Assembly (NCBI GenBank): GCA_964016885.1
Contig: OZ024758.1
Span: forward strand, 8,308,001 to 8,372,000
Direction of reading: 5' to 3'
Source of the DNA: Eledone cirrhosa
Lineage: Eukaryota
Length of the DNA stretch: 64,000 nt
Within the stretch, counting starts at the first letter, position 1. Every line of letters begins with the position of its first letter. The position numbers were made by a program, and so were the translations under genes. Positions 1 to 13,347 of this stretch are shown here, in pieces. The notes below the pieces were generated by a model, which saw only the letters and a list, made by a program, of their open reading frames with translations, was not told the DNA's origin and made no database searches.

Positions 1-400
1 TGTATGTATAGTACATAGAATAATACATGAATTTCAGGGAAGTGAATAGTGTATGAGTCATGATATACATGTGTATGGAGGGGGAACATTAGGTGTAGTG
101 TTGGCGAATCTTGGGAAGCATGGAGGCCTTAAAGGATGCAGTGTCTCGACAGCTAACAACCGATGCAGGTAGTTTGTTCCATGGAGGCCTTAAAGGATGC
201 AGTGTCTCGACAGCTAACAACCGATGCAGGTAGTTTGTTCCATGCTTCAGCAACACTGAGCGTGAAAAAATGTTTCCGAAAGTCATGGGAGCTGTGCTGT
301 TTTCTGACTTTGTGGGCATGACCACGTGTGTTAGACATATGGAAATCAAAAAGGTACTCAGGGTTGTTGTTGGCAAGATGGTTAACAATTTTGTGGGTTA
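1..400 (-). mobile_element. 3' end fragment of a CR1/L2-like LINE (inverted relative to 1915-2780)
   Basis: Reverse complement of the element at about 1970-2725. The encoded NTRGHAHKVRKQHS..FRKHFF..RVAEAWNKLP is typical of CR1-group ORF2 C-termini. Confidence 0.75.
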
Positions 401-993
401 TATTTTTAAAATTTAATTTCCCATGTTCATGTGTGTCTGTTTGATATTATAACAAGGTAACTTAAGTGTAAGAACAAAGCCTGTGTAGTGGGACCATTCC
501 TTATTGTGTATATATAGTACTACTTTTTCATAAAACCTCTAATCTGGGAGGCAACTTGCTGCAACATATTGTTAATTACAATTTATTATCCACTTTCAAG
601 CCCCTCCAATTTCTTTTCTTTTAATTAATGAAGAAATTTTGAGGGGTTTACTAAATCTATTTCATTACTGCAAGTAAGGTACCTTATTCTACGGGTCTTT
701 GGCCATCAAACCTCCCATCTGCAGGACATAAACAAATAGCACCCCTACCAAAGTGATGTTAATATAGAGGAGTAGCAGAGTTGCTAGAACATCAGATAAA
801 ATACCATTGGAGTATTTGTTCTCTTTACCGGATTCTGAGTTCAAATCCCACCAACGCCAACTTTGTCTTTCATCCTTCTGTGATCAATAAAGTACCAGTG
901 AAATACTGGGGTTGATTTAATGAACTTTGCCCTTCACCCAAATTTGTTAGCCCTGTGTCTAAATTAGAAATCAATATGAAAATGGGAACACAC

Positions 994-1445
994 ATACACA
1001 CAAACATACACTCACACACAAACATACACTCACACACAAACATACACTCACACACAAACATACACTCACACACAAACATACACTCACACACAAACATACA
1101 CTCACACACAAACATACACTCACACACAAACATACACTCACACACAAACATACACTCACACACAAACATACACTCACACACAAACATACACTCACACACA
1201 AACATACACTCACACACAAACATACACTCACACACAAACATACACTCACACACAAACATACACTCACACACAAACATACACTCACACACAAACATACACT
1301 CACACACAAACATACACTCACACACAAACATACACTCACACACAAACATACACTCACACACAAACATACACTCACACACAAACATACACTCACACACAAA
1401 CATACACTCACACACAAACATACACTCACACACAAACATTCACTC
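994..1445. repeat. 18-bp minisatellite (CACACAAACATACACTCA)n, about 25 copies
   Basis: Direct reading; produces the artefactual HTNIHS/MFVCEC ORFs. Confidence 0.95.
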
Positions 1446-1914
1446 ACTCTCACACATATACATATACACGCACATTCAGACACTCATATGCTCACATACA
1501 TATCCATACACACACTCACTCTCACACATATGCACATACTCACTCAAACATACACACACTCTTGCAGATACACTGATGCAGCTACACACACATACACACA
1601 CACTCACACACATACACACACACACTCTCACAGATTTACTGATGCAGCTACCCACACCCACCCACACACAGACACACCCACTCACACACATGAGAGGCTT
1701 CTGTACAGGTTTTATCTACAGTTTCACTCACAAGACATAGAACTATTAAAATAAATATTCCAAAATAAATATTAAAAATTTCCGTGCTTGGAATTTCATA
1801 GAAATATTTATAATAATGGAACATTTTTTTGTGATATATTTTATTTTTTCCATTTCGAGATTAGCTTCCAATCTTGTTTTATTTCGTAGTAGTTATATAT
1901 AAACATACTGAGAA

Positions 1915-2780
1915 AGAAAATGGATACATTGAAGCTCCGATGCCTGGCAACTGACATGATAAACACCCAAAAAATTGTTAACCATCTTGCCAACGACAAC
2001 CCTGAGTACCTTTTTGATTTCCATGTGTCTAACACACGTGGGCATGCCCATAAAGTCAGAAAACAGCACAGTTCCCATGATTTTCGGAAACATTTTTTCA
2101 TGCTCAGAGTTGCTGAAGCATGGAACAAACTACCTGCATCGGTTGTTAGCTGTCGAGACACTGCATCCTTTAGAACCTCCATGGAACAAACTACCTGCAT
2201 CAGTTGTTAGCTGTCGAGACACTGCATCCTTTAAAACCTCCATGGAACAAACTACCTGCATCAGTCGTTAGCTGTCGAGACACTGCATCCTTTAAAACCT
2301 CCATGGAACAAACTACCTGCATCGGTCGTTAGCTGTCGAGACACTGCATCCTTTAAAACCTCCATGGAACAAACTACCTGCATCAGTTGTTAGCTGTCGA
2401 GACACTGCATCCTTTAAAACCTCCATGGAACAAACTACCTGCATCGGTTGTTAGCTGTCGAGACACTGCATCCTTTAAAACCTCCATGGAACAAACTACC
2501 TGCATCAGTCGTTAGCTGTCGAGACACTGCATCCTTTAAAACCTCCATGGAACAAACTACCTGCATCGGTCGTTAGCTGTCGAGACACTGCATCCTTTAA
2601 AACCTCCATGTTTCTCAAGATTCGCCAACACTACACCTAATATTCCCCCTCCATACACATACACACATATATATCATGACTCATACACTATTCACTTCCC
2701 TGACATTTGTATATTATTCTATGTACTATACATGCACCTTTGACAAGTTGTAGTGCACCTGAGCACTGTACACAATAATA
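1915..2780 (+). mobile_element. 3' end of a CR1/L2-like LINE with internal 61-bp tandem expansion and (TTA)n tail
   Basis: ORF 1920..2210 MDTLKLRCLATD...TRGH...WNKLP, followed by 3' UTR and (ATT)n at about 2783-2803. Confidence 0.75.
2119..2606 (+). repeat. 61-bp minisatellite, 8 copies
   Basis: CATGGAACAAACTACC... recurs at 2119, 2180, 2241, 2302, 2363, 2424, 2485 and 2546. Confidence 0.95.
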
Positions 2781-3159
2781 TCATTATTATTATTATTATT
2801 ATTGCAAAGGACTATAAATGCCATAAATGAGAGGAAAAGGAGGGAAAGAGCTAGGACTATTAGATAAAGGAAGAAAGGGGAGAGGGTGACGGACTCTACA
2901 CCTAGGTCAGAATGGTGTTTCGGCAGCACCCTATGGACAAAATAGCAAAGACATTTCCGTGGACAATGGCCAGCGACACCTGCTGCAACAGCCACCCCAA
3001 AATATATTTGTATTTCTTAAGGATCTAAAATGTACCGAGTCTTAAATCTCCAGACACTATTCTTGTAATTGTTTCTCATTCTCTGAACTACACAAAAAAT
3101 TATCTTAATTTTTACTTCACTAAAACTAATTTATACAATATTTTCTTCTTACTTTTTAG

Positions 3160-3221
3160 GTGTGTCTTCACTTACAAATGGCACTACTGAAATGGCTACC
3201 AGAAAAAATACTTCAGCAAAG
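3160..3221 (+). CDS. Penultimate coding exon of gene 1 (GT|VSSLTNGTTEMATRKNTSAK)
   Basis: Pyrimidine tract plus TTTTTAG acceptor ending at 3159 and AAG|GTAGGT donor after 3221. The 62 nt are open and end in phase 0, matching the next exon. Confidence 0.7.
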
Positions 3222-3340
3222 GTAGGTTCATAGGAATTTAGATATTTTTGGTCTGATTTGCTATGATTTGAGGGTTTTGGGTTTTTTTGTTTTGTTTTAT
3301 ATTCATGCTTTTACCTGAGAATGTGGAAAGGTAAACCAGA

Positions 3341-3465
3341 CTATAGAACACTACCTGGTCTGTTATCTACTCCCTAACCATACTATGGAATACTACCTGG
3401 TCTGTTATCTGCTCCCTAACCACACTATAGAACACTGCCTGGTCTGTTATCTGCTACCTAACCCA
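3341..3465. repeat. About 42-bp tandem repeat, 3 copies, in the last intron of gene 1
   Basis: CTATAGAACACTACCTGGTCTGTTATCT.CTCCCTAACC repeated. Confidence 0.85.
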
Positions 3466-3765
3466 TACAGCTCAAAAGACCTTGTGTAAAAAATATAAAT
3501 TTTTTTTTTTTTCAACTCCCTAGAAAGAAACCATGCAGTTATTAATAAGAGTTGAAATTAATGCATTCAAGATTTCACAGCTCTAGAATCACTCCTTCAT
3601 AGTCAGCCTATGAATTTTTCAACTGACCCTTGTATTTCTATATTTTGCAGAAATTAAGTTTAATAGCTTAACATTTTATTCTTGAATTCTTTAAATTTTG
3701 TGTTCTTGTAAATTTTTCATTTTACATTCATTTTAATGGAAGCTTCTATTTCTTATATTTTCCAG

Positions 3766-4326
3766 GTTTCTGAAAATAATAAAGAAATGTCCCTGTATTT
3801 GGCTCCATCACAGAATCTGATCTCAGAGAGGTTGTGTGCCAGTGATGATGAAGATTTTGTCAGACCTAGTGTGAAAGTTTTGGCTTCAAAGTTTGATTAT
3901 GTCACCGTAAACAAAGCCCCAGATTCAGTAGATGGTTTTGAGAACCCTACTAAGCAAAGGTCTTTTAGGGCTAGAAGCAAGTCGGAATCGAGCACAATGA
4001 AACCTAAACCAGCACTGAGCAAACACCAGTTTCAGCAAGGCACTAGACCACGAAAATCTGTGACATTTGCTGATAACATTGCAATGATTGCTCCCAATAA
4101 TAAAATCTACATGAGCCACGATGCAGACATAAATCTGAAAGGAAAAAATTCTACCTGTGAACAATATAATTGGGATGAGGATGACAGTAGCTCAACTAGT
4201 GAAGACACCACTGAATTAACTGATGGTCCTTTTTGTAGTTTATGTCAAAAGAAAAAGGCTCAACAGGGGAAAGTTTACTGCCAAGACTGTGACTTTTATA
4301 TGAGTCGGTTTAAACCTTGCAGTTAA
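3766..4326 (+). CDS. Terminal coding exon of gene 1 (186 aa + stop) with RVxF-type KSVTF motif and C-terminal CxxC-x11-CxxC; possibly a USP53/USP54 (echinus)-like C-terminus
   Basis: TTTTCCAG acceptor in frame with ORF 3736..4326. Non-repetitive, protein-like composition ending CSLCQKKKAQQGKVYCQDCDFYMSRFKPCS*. The family guess is from recalled similarity of invertebrate echinus-like C-termini and is not verified. Confidence 0.8.
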   Translation, partial: VSENNKEMSLYLAPSQNLISERLCASDDEDFVRPSVKVLASKFDYVTVNKAPDSVDGFENPTKQRSFRARSKSESSTMKPKPALSKHQFQQGTRPRKSVTFADNIAMIAPNNKIYMSHDADINLKGKNSTCEQYNWDEDDSSSTSEDTTELTDGPFCSLCQKKKAQQGKVYCQDCDFYMSRFKPCS

Positions 4327-7300
4327 TCTTGAGAGAATTGTTGCCAACCCAGGCTTCTTCCATTATGTGTGATAGATACTGCTACATTTAATGGATTACA
4401 TTCTCTACTGGTAGAGATAGTTTAGTGTGCTAGTCTTCTTATCTTTCACATTTAGTAGACTTCATTTCAAAAGCCAACTTTCGTTTTCATTTTACACAAA
4501 CACACACACACACACACATATGGAAGAAGTTTGACAATAATCATGAAAAAAAAAAAATAACTAAGAAATATGTAAAAACCATCAAATCCCAACTGACTAT
4601 TTTTGTTTTGTTTTGTCTATTTTATGTTTTTTTTATCCTTAGTACTGAATTTAAAATTTGTACTTTTCTCAACAAAATTACTAGAACAGAACATAATTCT
4701 ATTTTCTAACTAACAAAAACATTTATTTTTCTATTTTCATCAAATATCTTCTCTATTGCTATTTTGATTTTTACAAACCTTTTTCAAGTTAATTTACTCA
4801 TTTTCTACAAATTTTCACTAATTCTTTCTAAAGTTTTTTTTTTATTATTTTCTCCAGAAACTTAATATTCTTTTGTTAACACTTAATGTCTAGAAGTATA
4901 TTTCTTGCTGCATTCAATCACATACCAATCTAGAGTACCATTATGTATAGATGTATACATGATGATATATATTAATAATAAATAGAATGATAATATATAA
5001 ACAACATATTTAATGTGAAGTTAACTAAAAAGGAATAATTTAACATTCTGGATTTAATATAATTAGGAACTATTTGCAAACACATTTGTTATTGAGAAAG
5101 AAGTCATCACTGTTGTTGATTTTGTTGTTATTATCTAAAAGTTAGACATATTTCTTTTATATTTATTATTGTGTCTTACCTGTTTTGTTAGGAGACAGAT
5201 TTTCCATTTCCATCCTTCCTCAATTGTTCATATGTAACATCTTTTTTCAACAGATGTAACATCTTTTCTCAGATGTAAAGCTGACTATTACAATATTTAC
5301 CACAACTATCTTATCTGATGTTTGATCTAACATTATTTCACTCTTAATATCATAAAAACCATCAATGACCACATAGGGCTAATAAATTCAGCAAGAAAGA
5401 CATTTTATTAAATAAGCTTTCATCTGATATAAATATAATAAAATATAATTGTCACTTATGTCATCTGAACTGTGTTGGAAGAGGAAATGTGAAATTCTGT
5501 TAGTGAAATAATTTCAGATTCGATTTTGGATGAAAATATCATCTCAAATAATTATTTAACCTTTTAGTATTTACATTACTTTGTTTACTATTGTATGTTC
5601 ATGGTAAAGTCTTTATCTCACATAATATCAAATCTATGAGATTTTGATATAATTTATTTTGAGAACAATACCTTAACATCAGTATGAACAGCAGGTGAGA
5701 GAATCCTAGCCCGATACAGCTGGTTTAAATGCTAAAGGGTTAAGGGGGGAAGTTTTTTATTCTATTAACATGAAGATAATTTAGTCATGAAATTTTGTTT
5801 ATTATATTTGGGTTTACATAACTAAAATGGGTTTTTATTGTCACTTGAGTATAAAATTGTTATAAACCTTGATTTTGCGACATTGTAGTTGAATGGTTAA
5901 AGTGTTGTACCAATGAACCAATGTATATATTTGGACCATACCAATATAATATGTACTTAAGCAAAATAGATTTCACTGCTCATTTCAGTTTACCTAGCTA
6001 AAATTACAACAAACTTAGCTATAAAATATCAATGCTAACATATTTTTTTTAGGTCCAAATTTAGAAAATGTTATGATAATAATGTGGATATAGATATTCC
6101 ATAAATAATTGTTCTGTTGGATGCTACTGAATGATTTGTTTAAATGTAATGTTTATTGTAAGTATCAGCTTGTTAAAGACTATTGCAAATCAATCTTAAA
6201 AACCAAAGGAAGATTTCTGAACTGAACACTACACACTAATGAAAAACTTATCAAGGTATTTTAACAGTGATTATTTACCGTGAAAATACAATAGTAAACA
6301 TAGAGTAATGTAAATACTAAAGGGTTAAATAATTATTCGAGATGATATTTTCATCCAAAATCGAATCTGAAATTATTTCAGAGACTGCAACATACCAAAT
6401 TTCAGTTGAGTGAGGGTAGTAGAGATGACTTCTAGCTTAGAAACTACGAGAGTTGGAAAGTTCATAGGCTGACCAAGATACTCTCATGGAATGACTAAAC
6501 AAGGTTTATTTTCCAACATAGTTCCTGGAAAGAAACAATGCAATTATTAATAAAAAGAGTTGAAATTAATGCATGCAAGATTTCACAGCTTTAGCATGAC
6601 TCCTTCATAGTTAGCCTATGAACTTTTCCCACTTTAATAAAATATATAATCTTTTATATTTATGAATAAATAACCAATGATAATATTTTCTCCACTTTCC
6701 TAAGAATCTTACGTTTTTCACTAATGTAACTTCAGAAGTTCAAGAAAATATTCTGTTTCCATTAAAGGTATTTTCATCTTCTTTTATTAGAAGCAGTGTT
6801 CCAGCATGTTCCTTGGGATACATGTTGAGATAAGAAATTATTAAATGGGGAATATTTTAAGCCAAGTTTCCAAATGAGTTTTAATTCTTGGCTTTTACTA
6901 TTTCACTTTGAATTGCTCCAAATTTCCCTCAAATCATACCTTCATAGTTGTGATTTGAGGGAAATTTGGCTGCTATTTTTAGCAAGTCAATGAACCAGGC
7001 AGAGGCCTTCCCTCATTGGTATGAAGTAAACTTGACTTGTTTAACCCCAGGTCTATGATGAAAGGTGGTCGAGTTATGATTATCCCATCTTTTTGTATAT
7101 TAGGAATTACATTACCTGATATATCCTTTAAGATGGTAGGGTGTGATTTGAGGGGAATTTGGCTGCTATTTTCAAGAGGTTAAACAACCTTGCAAAAGTT
7201 CCCTTGTTGAAAATTAAAACCAGCTGATATGTATTGACATCACCTTTCATGGAAATGAGGAATATTCAGTACCAAATGATACTCATCATCATCATCACTG

Positions 7301-9386
7301 TTTAATGTCCATTTTCCACGCTAGAAAACTGTCTTGCTCATACAGAACTGATTTTGGCTTGGTTTCTATGGCTGGATGTCCTTCCTAACACCAACCACAT
7401 TTACAGTGTGTATTGGGCACTTTTTGTCATGACACCTACACAACCACTTTATAGATTGTCTGTCAGAAAATAACTCCTAATCATCTAGCTCTATCTTTCA
7501 CCCCCTCTCTCTCGGACACACACAGACACAGACACACCACACACTTCTATCTCATTCAGTGAGGTAGGAGTTACTAAGGGTATGTGTAGTGAGAGACTGG
7601 CAGTGTTTCAGTTACATATATTGAATATACTTACATAAGCTCTATGGCAGAAATTTATAGTAACTACTCTCACATAGCTGGAGAAACAATTTTGTTGTTA
7701 GAATGTTTATAAATGCTTCCCTTTCTCTAGTCTAAGGGACCAAATATTGCTGTTTATATCAAATCATGGTTACATCAGTTTTTTCTACTTTTCGAATTAT
7801 CACCTATAATTTTTTTTTTTAAGAGGAAGGAAAACAAGAGTGATTTAACCTTTTTGAATTAAAAATAAAAATAATAGTTTATATAGAATATTGTTTACAA
7901 CTAAGCTGTTCTAATTTAGAGAGAACTTGGCTGCAATTCAAAGGATACAGAGTTCTTCAAGTGATTGTTGGCCACAATTTTCCGTCCATAGAGGTATTTC
8001 ACCCAATTTTCTAAACTACTATTTATAGCAATTGACTGTTACAGTCTTTCCTGCATTTGGATTCCTATTTTTTTTTTTTTAATAATAGTTTTTATAATAA
8101 TTATAATATCAAATATATAGTTAAGTTTTTTTCGTTCCTTTCTCCTGATTATTTATAGTTAAAATACTATTATATATGTATTGACTTATTCAGTTAACTT
8201 AAAAGAAAAGACAGTTGTACACATTTAAATTTCCTAATACAGTTTTAAAATTATAGGTGATGTAACTTGAAAAAATTGATTCTAATGACCAACATTTGAT
8301 TAAAAATTTTAATGATTTTTTAAAAAATCTGATGACTTCTTTCTTACATGACGTTTCAAATATCTAAATAAAAAAAAAATAAAAAACTTTATGAAGGGAA
8401 ATCTTAAAAAAAACTCCATTAAACTCCATTAAACTTCCATATATTTACAAATGGCGGGCAGGTCCCTCCTATGGTGCATCTAAAATGAATAACTAAACTA
8501 TAGTTCAGTTAAGAGTAGATTGAATACAAAACAAATTCCACTTGGAATTTGAACAAAAACACAAATTAGGGCAAACAGGGGTTGGTTATTTCAAGGGGTT
8601 TCTATCCACTTTGTTGTACTGATTGTAGATAGTACATGAAGGAAGTCCTGGTGTAAATAAGTTGTACTAATATTCATTTACTTTACAAACTCATTTCATT
8701 TGAAAATTCACTTGTAATATTTTTCATGTTTTCTTTGTAAAATAAATTTCAGAAAATATTCGCATTATTCCAAAGAATTTTCAGACTTTGAACATCAATT
8801 TTAATTCAACTTTCTCAAATACTTTGTTGCTAATTATTGTTTCTTTTTAGATTTTAATCTTTTTAAAATTCTGCTTGTACATATTTTATATTGACTTTGA
8901 ATGTATCAATGTGTAACCCATGTCTCTGTATCTGCAAAACATTTGTAGAAACAAAAAAATATTCTGAAAGATTGTCTTGAGTCTAAGACACACAATAAAT
9001 AGATATCTTACAAAAATATCTTTTTTGGTTTTTTTTATTTTATTTTTTAATTTTACATTGTTTGAAGTCACTGGTTGTAATTTCATTCAACAACACCACC
9101 AGCTCTCTCTCTTCCATTCTCCTCTGTCTCCTCTCCCTCTTTCAGTCTACTCTCTCACAACCACTATCTCTTTCTCTCTCTCCTTCTTTCTCTCAGTTTA
9201 TGGAGGTACCCAGAAAACCCCATATCTCGGGAACCCGTGCTCCGATTTACGCAAAACTTGTTTTTATTCCATTTGTAAATAGAAAGGGTTTCTAAGTGCG
9301 TGTGTGTATATGTGAATATATACGTGTGTATATATATATATATATATATACACATGTGCCTGTCTGTGATTGGTGTATATAGGTCT

Positions 9387-9428
<42 letters not shown>

Positions 9429-9429
9429 T

Positions 9430-9467
<38 letters not shown>

Positions 9468-9710
9468 TTACATATATAATATATATATATATATAATATA
9501 TTATATATATATATACTGTAGAATAAGTTTGGTAGAAATATCCAAGGGTAAGAGTACTCAGTCTTTAGGATGAGTTAAGTATAATTAGTTACAACAGTGA
9601 AATGTACAGATACTTCTGTTTCATTGGGCTATACACCCCAACTCATTCATAGAGAAAGATGGCCTCTAGGTGGTAGTGTAACTAATTATATATAGACAGA
9701 GAGAGTATAC

Positions 9711-9741
<31 letters not shown>

Positions 9742-10977
9742 ATGAGTATACATCTATATATATATGAAGGACCATTTTGAGAAAAATACTTTGGTAAGCA
9801 ATCTTGTTTTATTTTTGTTTGTACACTTATCTACACAAACAAATCTTACTCATGCATTTATTCATATATGTATGCATGTATACACTCTTCTATGAATATG
9901 GCATAAAACCTATTACAAATCTCCCTCAAACCACATAAAATGCTGGGAACACCAGTGAAATAATTTTTTCTGGTGTCTTATGCAATGCTAGTAGTAGCAA
10001 CGAAATCTCCCTTAAACCATTGATACATTTAATGTGTCAGAAAATGAGAGATATAGCAGAGAGATATTAAGTTAATCACATATACTAGTCTTGGACAAAT
10101 CTACTATAAATTTACATATTAATTTCCAGAACTGTAATCTACACACTTTAATAAGTATCTCTATAAAATTTCAATAAAAAATATGAATTATTAAAGTTAT
10201 GAACAAAATTATTGGTGTCACTAGTTTAGAAAACTCAGGTAAATATCACGGTCAAAGGGAGGTAAATATAAAACTTTCGTCACTGATTCGGGACATCTAT
10301 GTGGTCAATAACAATGCTAGAAATGGCAGCCAAATATAAAAATTTATATAAAAGAAAAAGCTAGGCACAACAGCGAAATCTTTCAAATATTACATCTTAT
10401 TATATTTTAAATGGTAGAAATAGAACCTTAATCTCCCTTATTTTTATTTTAATGATGAACCAAGAAAAATATTTCACTATATTTTCAAGCAGACGTTTTA
10501 TGTCTGTGTGTGTGTGTGTCTATTCTTAGAATACGTTATTCGTCTCGAGGACTGCTGCCTCGTGTCTGACTGTGGTCGAGAAGCTGAGAGCCAGTAAGGC
10601 CAGGAGAGAGAGAGAGAGAGTGGAAGGTCTGCTACATCGTTAACCTTAACACGGACTGCTTGCTTCGTAGTCTTTCTGCTGGATTTCCTAAGTCCTTGTA
10701 TTTATAATAATCTTATAGCTAGAAGGATGTGTATATGAGTTGATTTATGGGTAGCCATCTGTGTATCCTCTGTCTACAAGCTGGGGCCACAGGTCAAGTG
10801 GTATCATACTAGTTTCTTGACAAGACAATAGTGGGAACCTACCACTAATGGGTGGCCCCAGAAGGCGAGAGACCTCAGATTCGGTTTCGAAGTATTCCGT
10901 TATACAGTGTCAACTTTGTAATGTATCAAGTGAAATTTATCATATGACCCTCTACGTTTTCTGGAAATATGTGTATT

Positions 10978-11206
10978 GACTGGTAACTTCGGTAGCTGTA
11001 CCATCGTATGGACTGGTAACTTCGGTAGCTGTACCATCGTATGGACTGGTAACTTCGGTAGCTGTACCATCGTATGGACTGGTAACTTCGGTAGCTCTAC
11101 CATTGTATTGACTGGTAACTTCGGTAGCTCTACCATCGTATGGACTGGTAACTTCGGTAGCTCTACCATTGTATTGACTGGTAACTTCAGTAGCTCTACC
11201 ATTGTA
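10978..11206. repeat. 33-bp minisatellite, about 7 copies
   Basis: GACTGGTAACTTCGGTAGCT(G/C)TACCAT(C/T)GTAT(G/T) repeated. Confidence 0.95.
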
Positions 11207-11237
11207 ACATGTGTGTCTTGAGCATTTTAACCCTTTC

Positions 11238-11420
11238 ATGACCTAATGAAACACATATCAATATTTCAGACCTCATATTGAAGCAGTTGTCAATGCTAAT
11301 GGTGGATTCATTGAGTAGATACATCAAGAAAAGCCACAAGATTATTCATGCCAAGTTTTTTTTCACAAATAATAAAGCTCTTCTTTCATGACTTATGCGT
11401 ATTTGACCAAATGTCCTCAC
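11238..11420 (+). mobile_element. Tc1/mariner-superfamily transposase C-terminal remnant
   Basis: 11265-11318 translates FRPHIEAVVNANGGFIE*, the typical end of Tc1-like transposases. Upstream stops show it is a remnant. Confidence 0.55.
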
Positions 11421-13308
11421 GGAACTGAGTAGCCTTGTAAAACAATTGAAGGTTGAGCTGGTTTTATTACTATTTGATCTGCTACAGGTAGCTAACTTCC
11501 TGGAAATGTTCACCTGAATCAGAAGATAATTGTCACAGGTATGAAATCTAATAATAATAATCTACAGAAAATACAAGTTAAATGTTGCTCTTAGTTTCCT
11601 TTTGTTGTATTTATCAAATTTAATCCTGTTTAATCCAATCTAATCCCACTCACAACAAATGTCTTATTGTGGCAATGAGTGGCTATAATCTTCGTCTATC
11701 ATTTCACTAATAAGGAGATGATCGCTCTTCCAGCCGATTGGACCCCCCCCCCCCCCCACACACACACACACACACACACACTGGCTGAAAACTCTAAGAG
11801 TACTGCAATTGCTTGTCAGATTATAGAGTCTGGTGTACTTTTTAGGCTATGGCCAGCCACGCGAACCTGTAACATATCCTGAACAAGCAATGCTTGCGCT
11901 TTGAAGGTTTATTTAGTGGGGAAAGGTCTTGCATTTGACCAATCCCACTCTCTGCGCAATGAAAACACTACCCGAAAAGGAGAACTGGTCAACATCATCA
12001 GATGCTTCCGAAGCCACACGTTTTTTCCTCTCTCTTAGAAAGGTGTTGTGACAACAACTGGGGGCCTTTCACTGGCAGGAAAATAATAATAAAAAAAGTA
12101 CTATTTAGATGGCCGTTGGCTCTGCTGAGTTCCTTTGCCAGGTCTTGTATTTCATCTTGCAGGGTGTCCAAATATATATGTTTTTCTGATTTTTAATGCT
12201 TTTAGCTGCTCCTAATTTTATTCCATCTATATGCTTCTTCCTCCTTTGCTGTCTTCTCTTATATAAATGTTGATACATACACTTATCTAGCCTCCCATAT
12301 TATGTATCCTTCTAATGTTCTTGTCACAAAGTTTTGATATTATATTTGTGTTTCAACCTTTATTATCTACTCTGATGATAACAGCCTTGTGCTAGGATGA
12401 AACAATCGTATGTGATTAAATGTTTTAAACACTCTTTGATTCTCATTTATATTATATTTCAGCTCTGTAGTATACTTGTTATTTTACATTCAGCTATTTT
12501 CATACTTGTAATTGGATAATATTTAAATGTGTTGTTTCCTTGAGCAAGACACTTTATTTCACATTGCTCCAGTTTACTCAGCTGTAGAAATGAGATGATA
12601 GGGACTGGGGTCCATATCATTCCACTGCAAAGTGGTCGTGGAGGTGCCACGGCAAAAAAGCACCCAGCGCTCACTGTAAATGAGGTTGGTGTTAGGAAGG
12701 GCATCCAGCTGTAGAAATCAAGCCAGCATCAGTTCCCGTCCCACCCTTGCAAGCAGGGAAAAAGCGGACGTAAAATGAAATGATGATGATTACCCTCATT
12801 ATATATATATATCCTCGTTTTACGTCGATTATTCCACACTAGCATGGGTTAGACAGTTTGTCCTGTTGTGGGCAATGTTAGGTCAGCTGACCTTGTCTTG
12901 CTCATACGGGACTGATTTTGGCTGGATGCCCTTCCTAACACCAACCTCACAACCTCATTTACAGTGAGTGCTGGGTGCTTTTTTTTTGCCGTGGCACCTA
13001 CACGAGCACTCTACAGTGGGAGGGGATGAGGGCATATTGTCTATATGCTTCAGCTTGCTCCTGTGGCAAGTCGGGTCTTCTGTATTACTGCATGACACCA
13101 GAGGTGTCAGTCTTGTGTCATCACCGTTGAGAGGTATAATTGGGCAAGGTCCGCTTTTATCACCTCGTCCCAGGTCTTCTTGGGTCTCCCCACTCCCCGG
13201 CTTCCATCAACTTTTAGTGCTCTGCACATTTTTATGCAGCTGTCATCCTTATCTCTCTCTCTCTAAGGATGACAGCCTTGCAAGCAGGGAAAAGCGGACG
13301 TAAAATGA

Positions 13309-13347
<39 letters not shown>

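Noticed and set aside
870-1754. Long His/Thr- or Cys/Val-rich ORFs (also 13232-13612, 40452-41203 and 45398-45915)
   Set aside because: Microsatellite and minisatellite artefacts.
6918-6969. 21-bp inverted repeat
   Set aside because: Both arms are pieces of a common dispersed repeat (TGTGATTTGAGGG..ATTTGGCTGCTATTT) seen at 7140, 21165, 57060 and elsewhere; unremarkable on its own.
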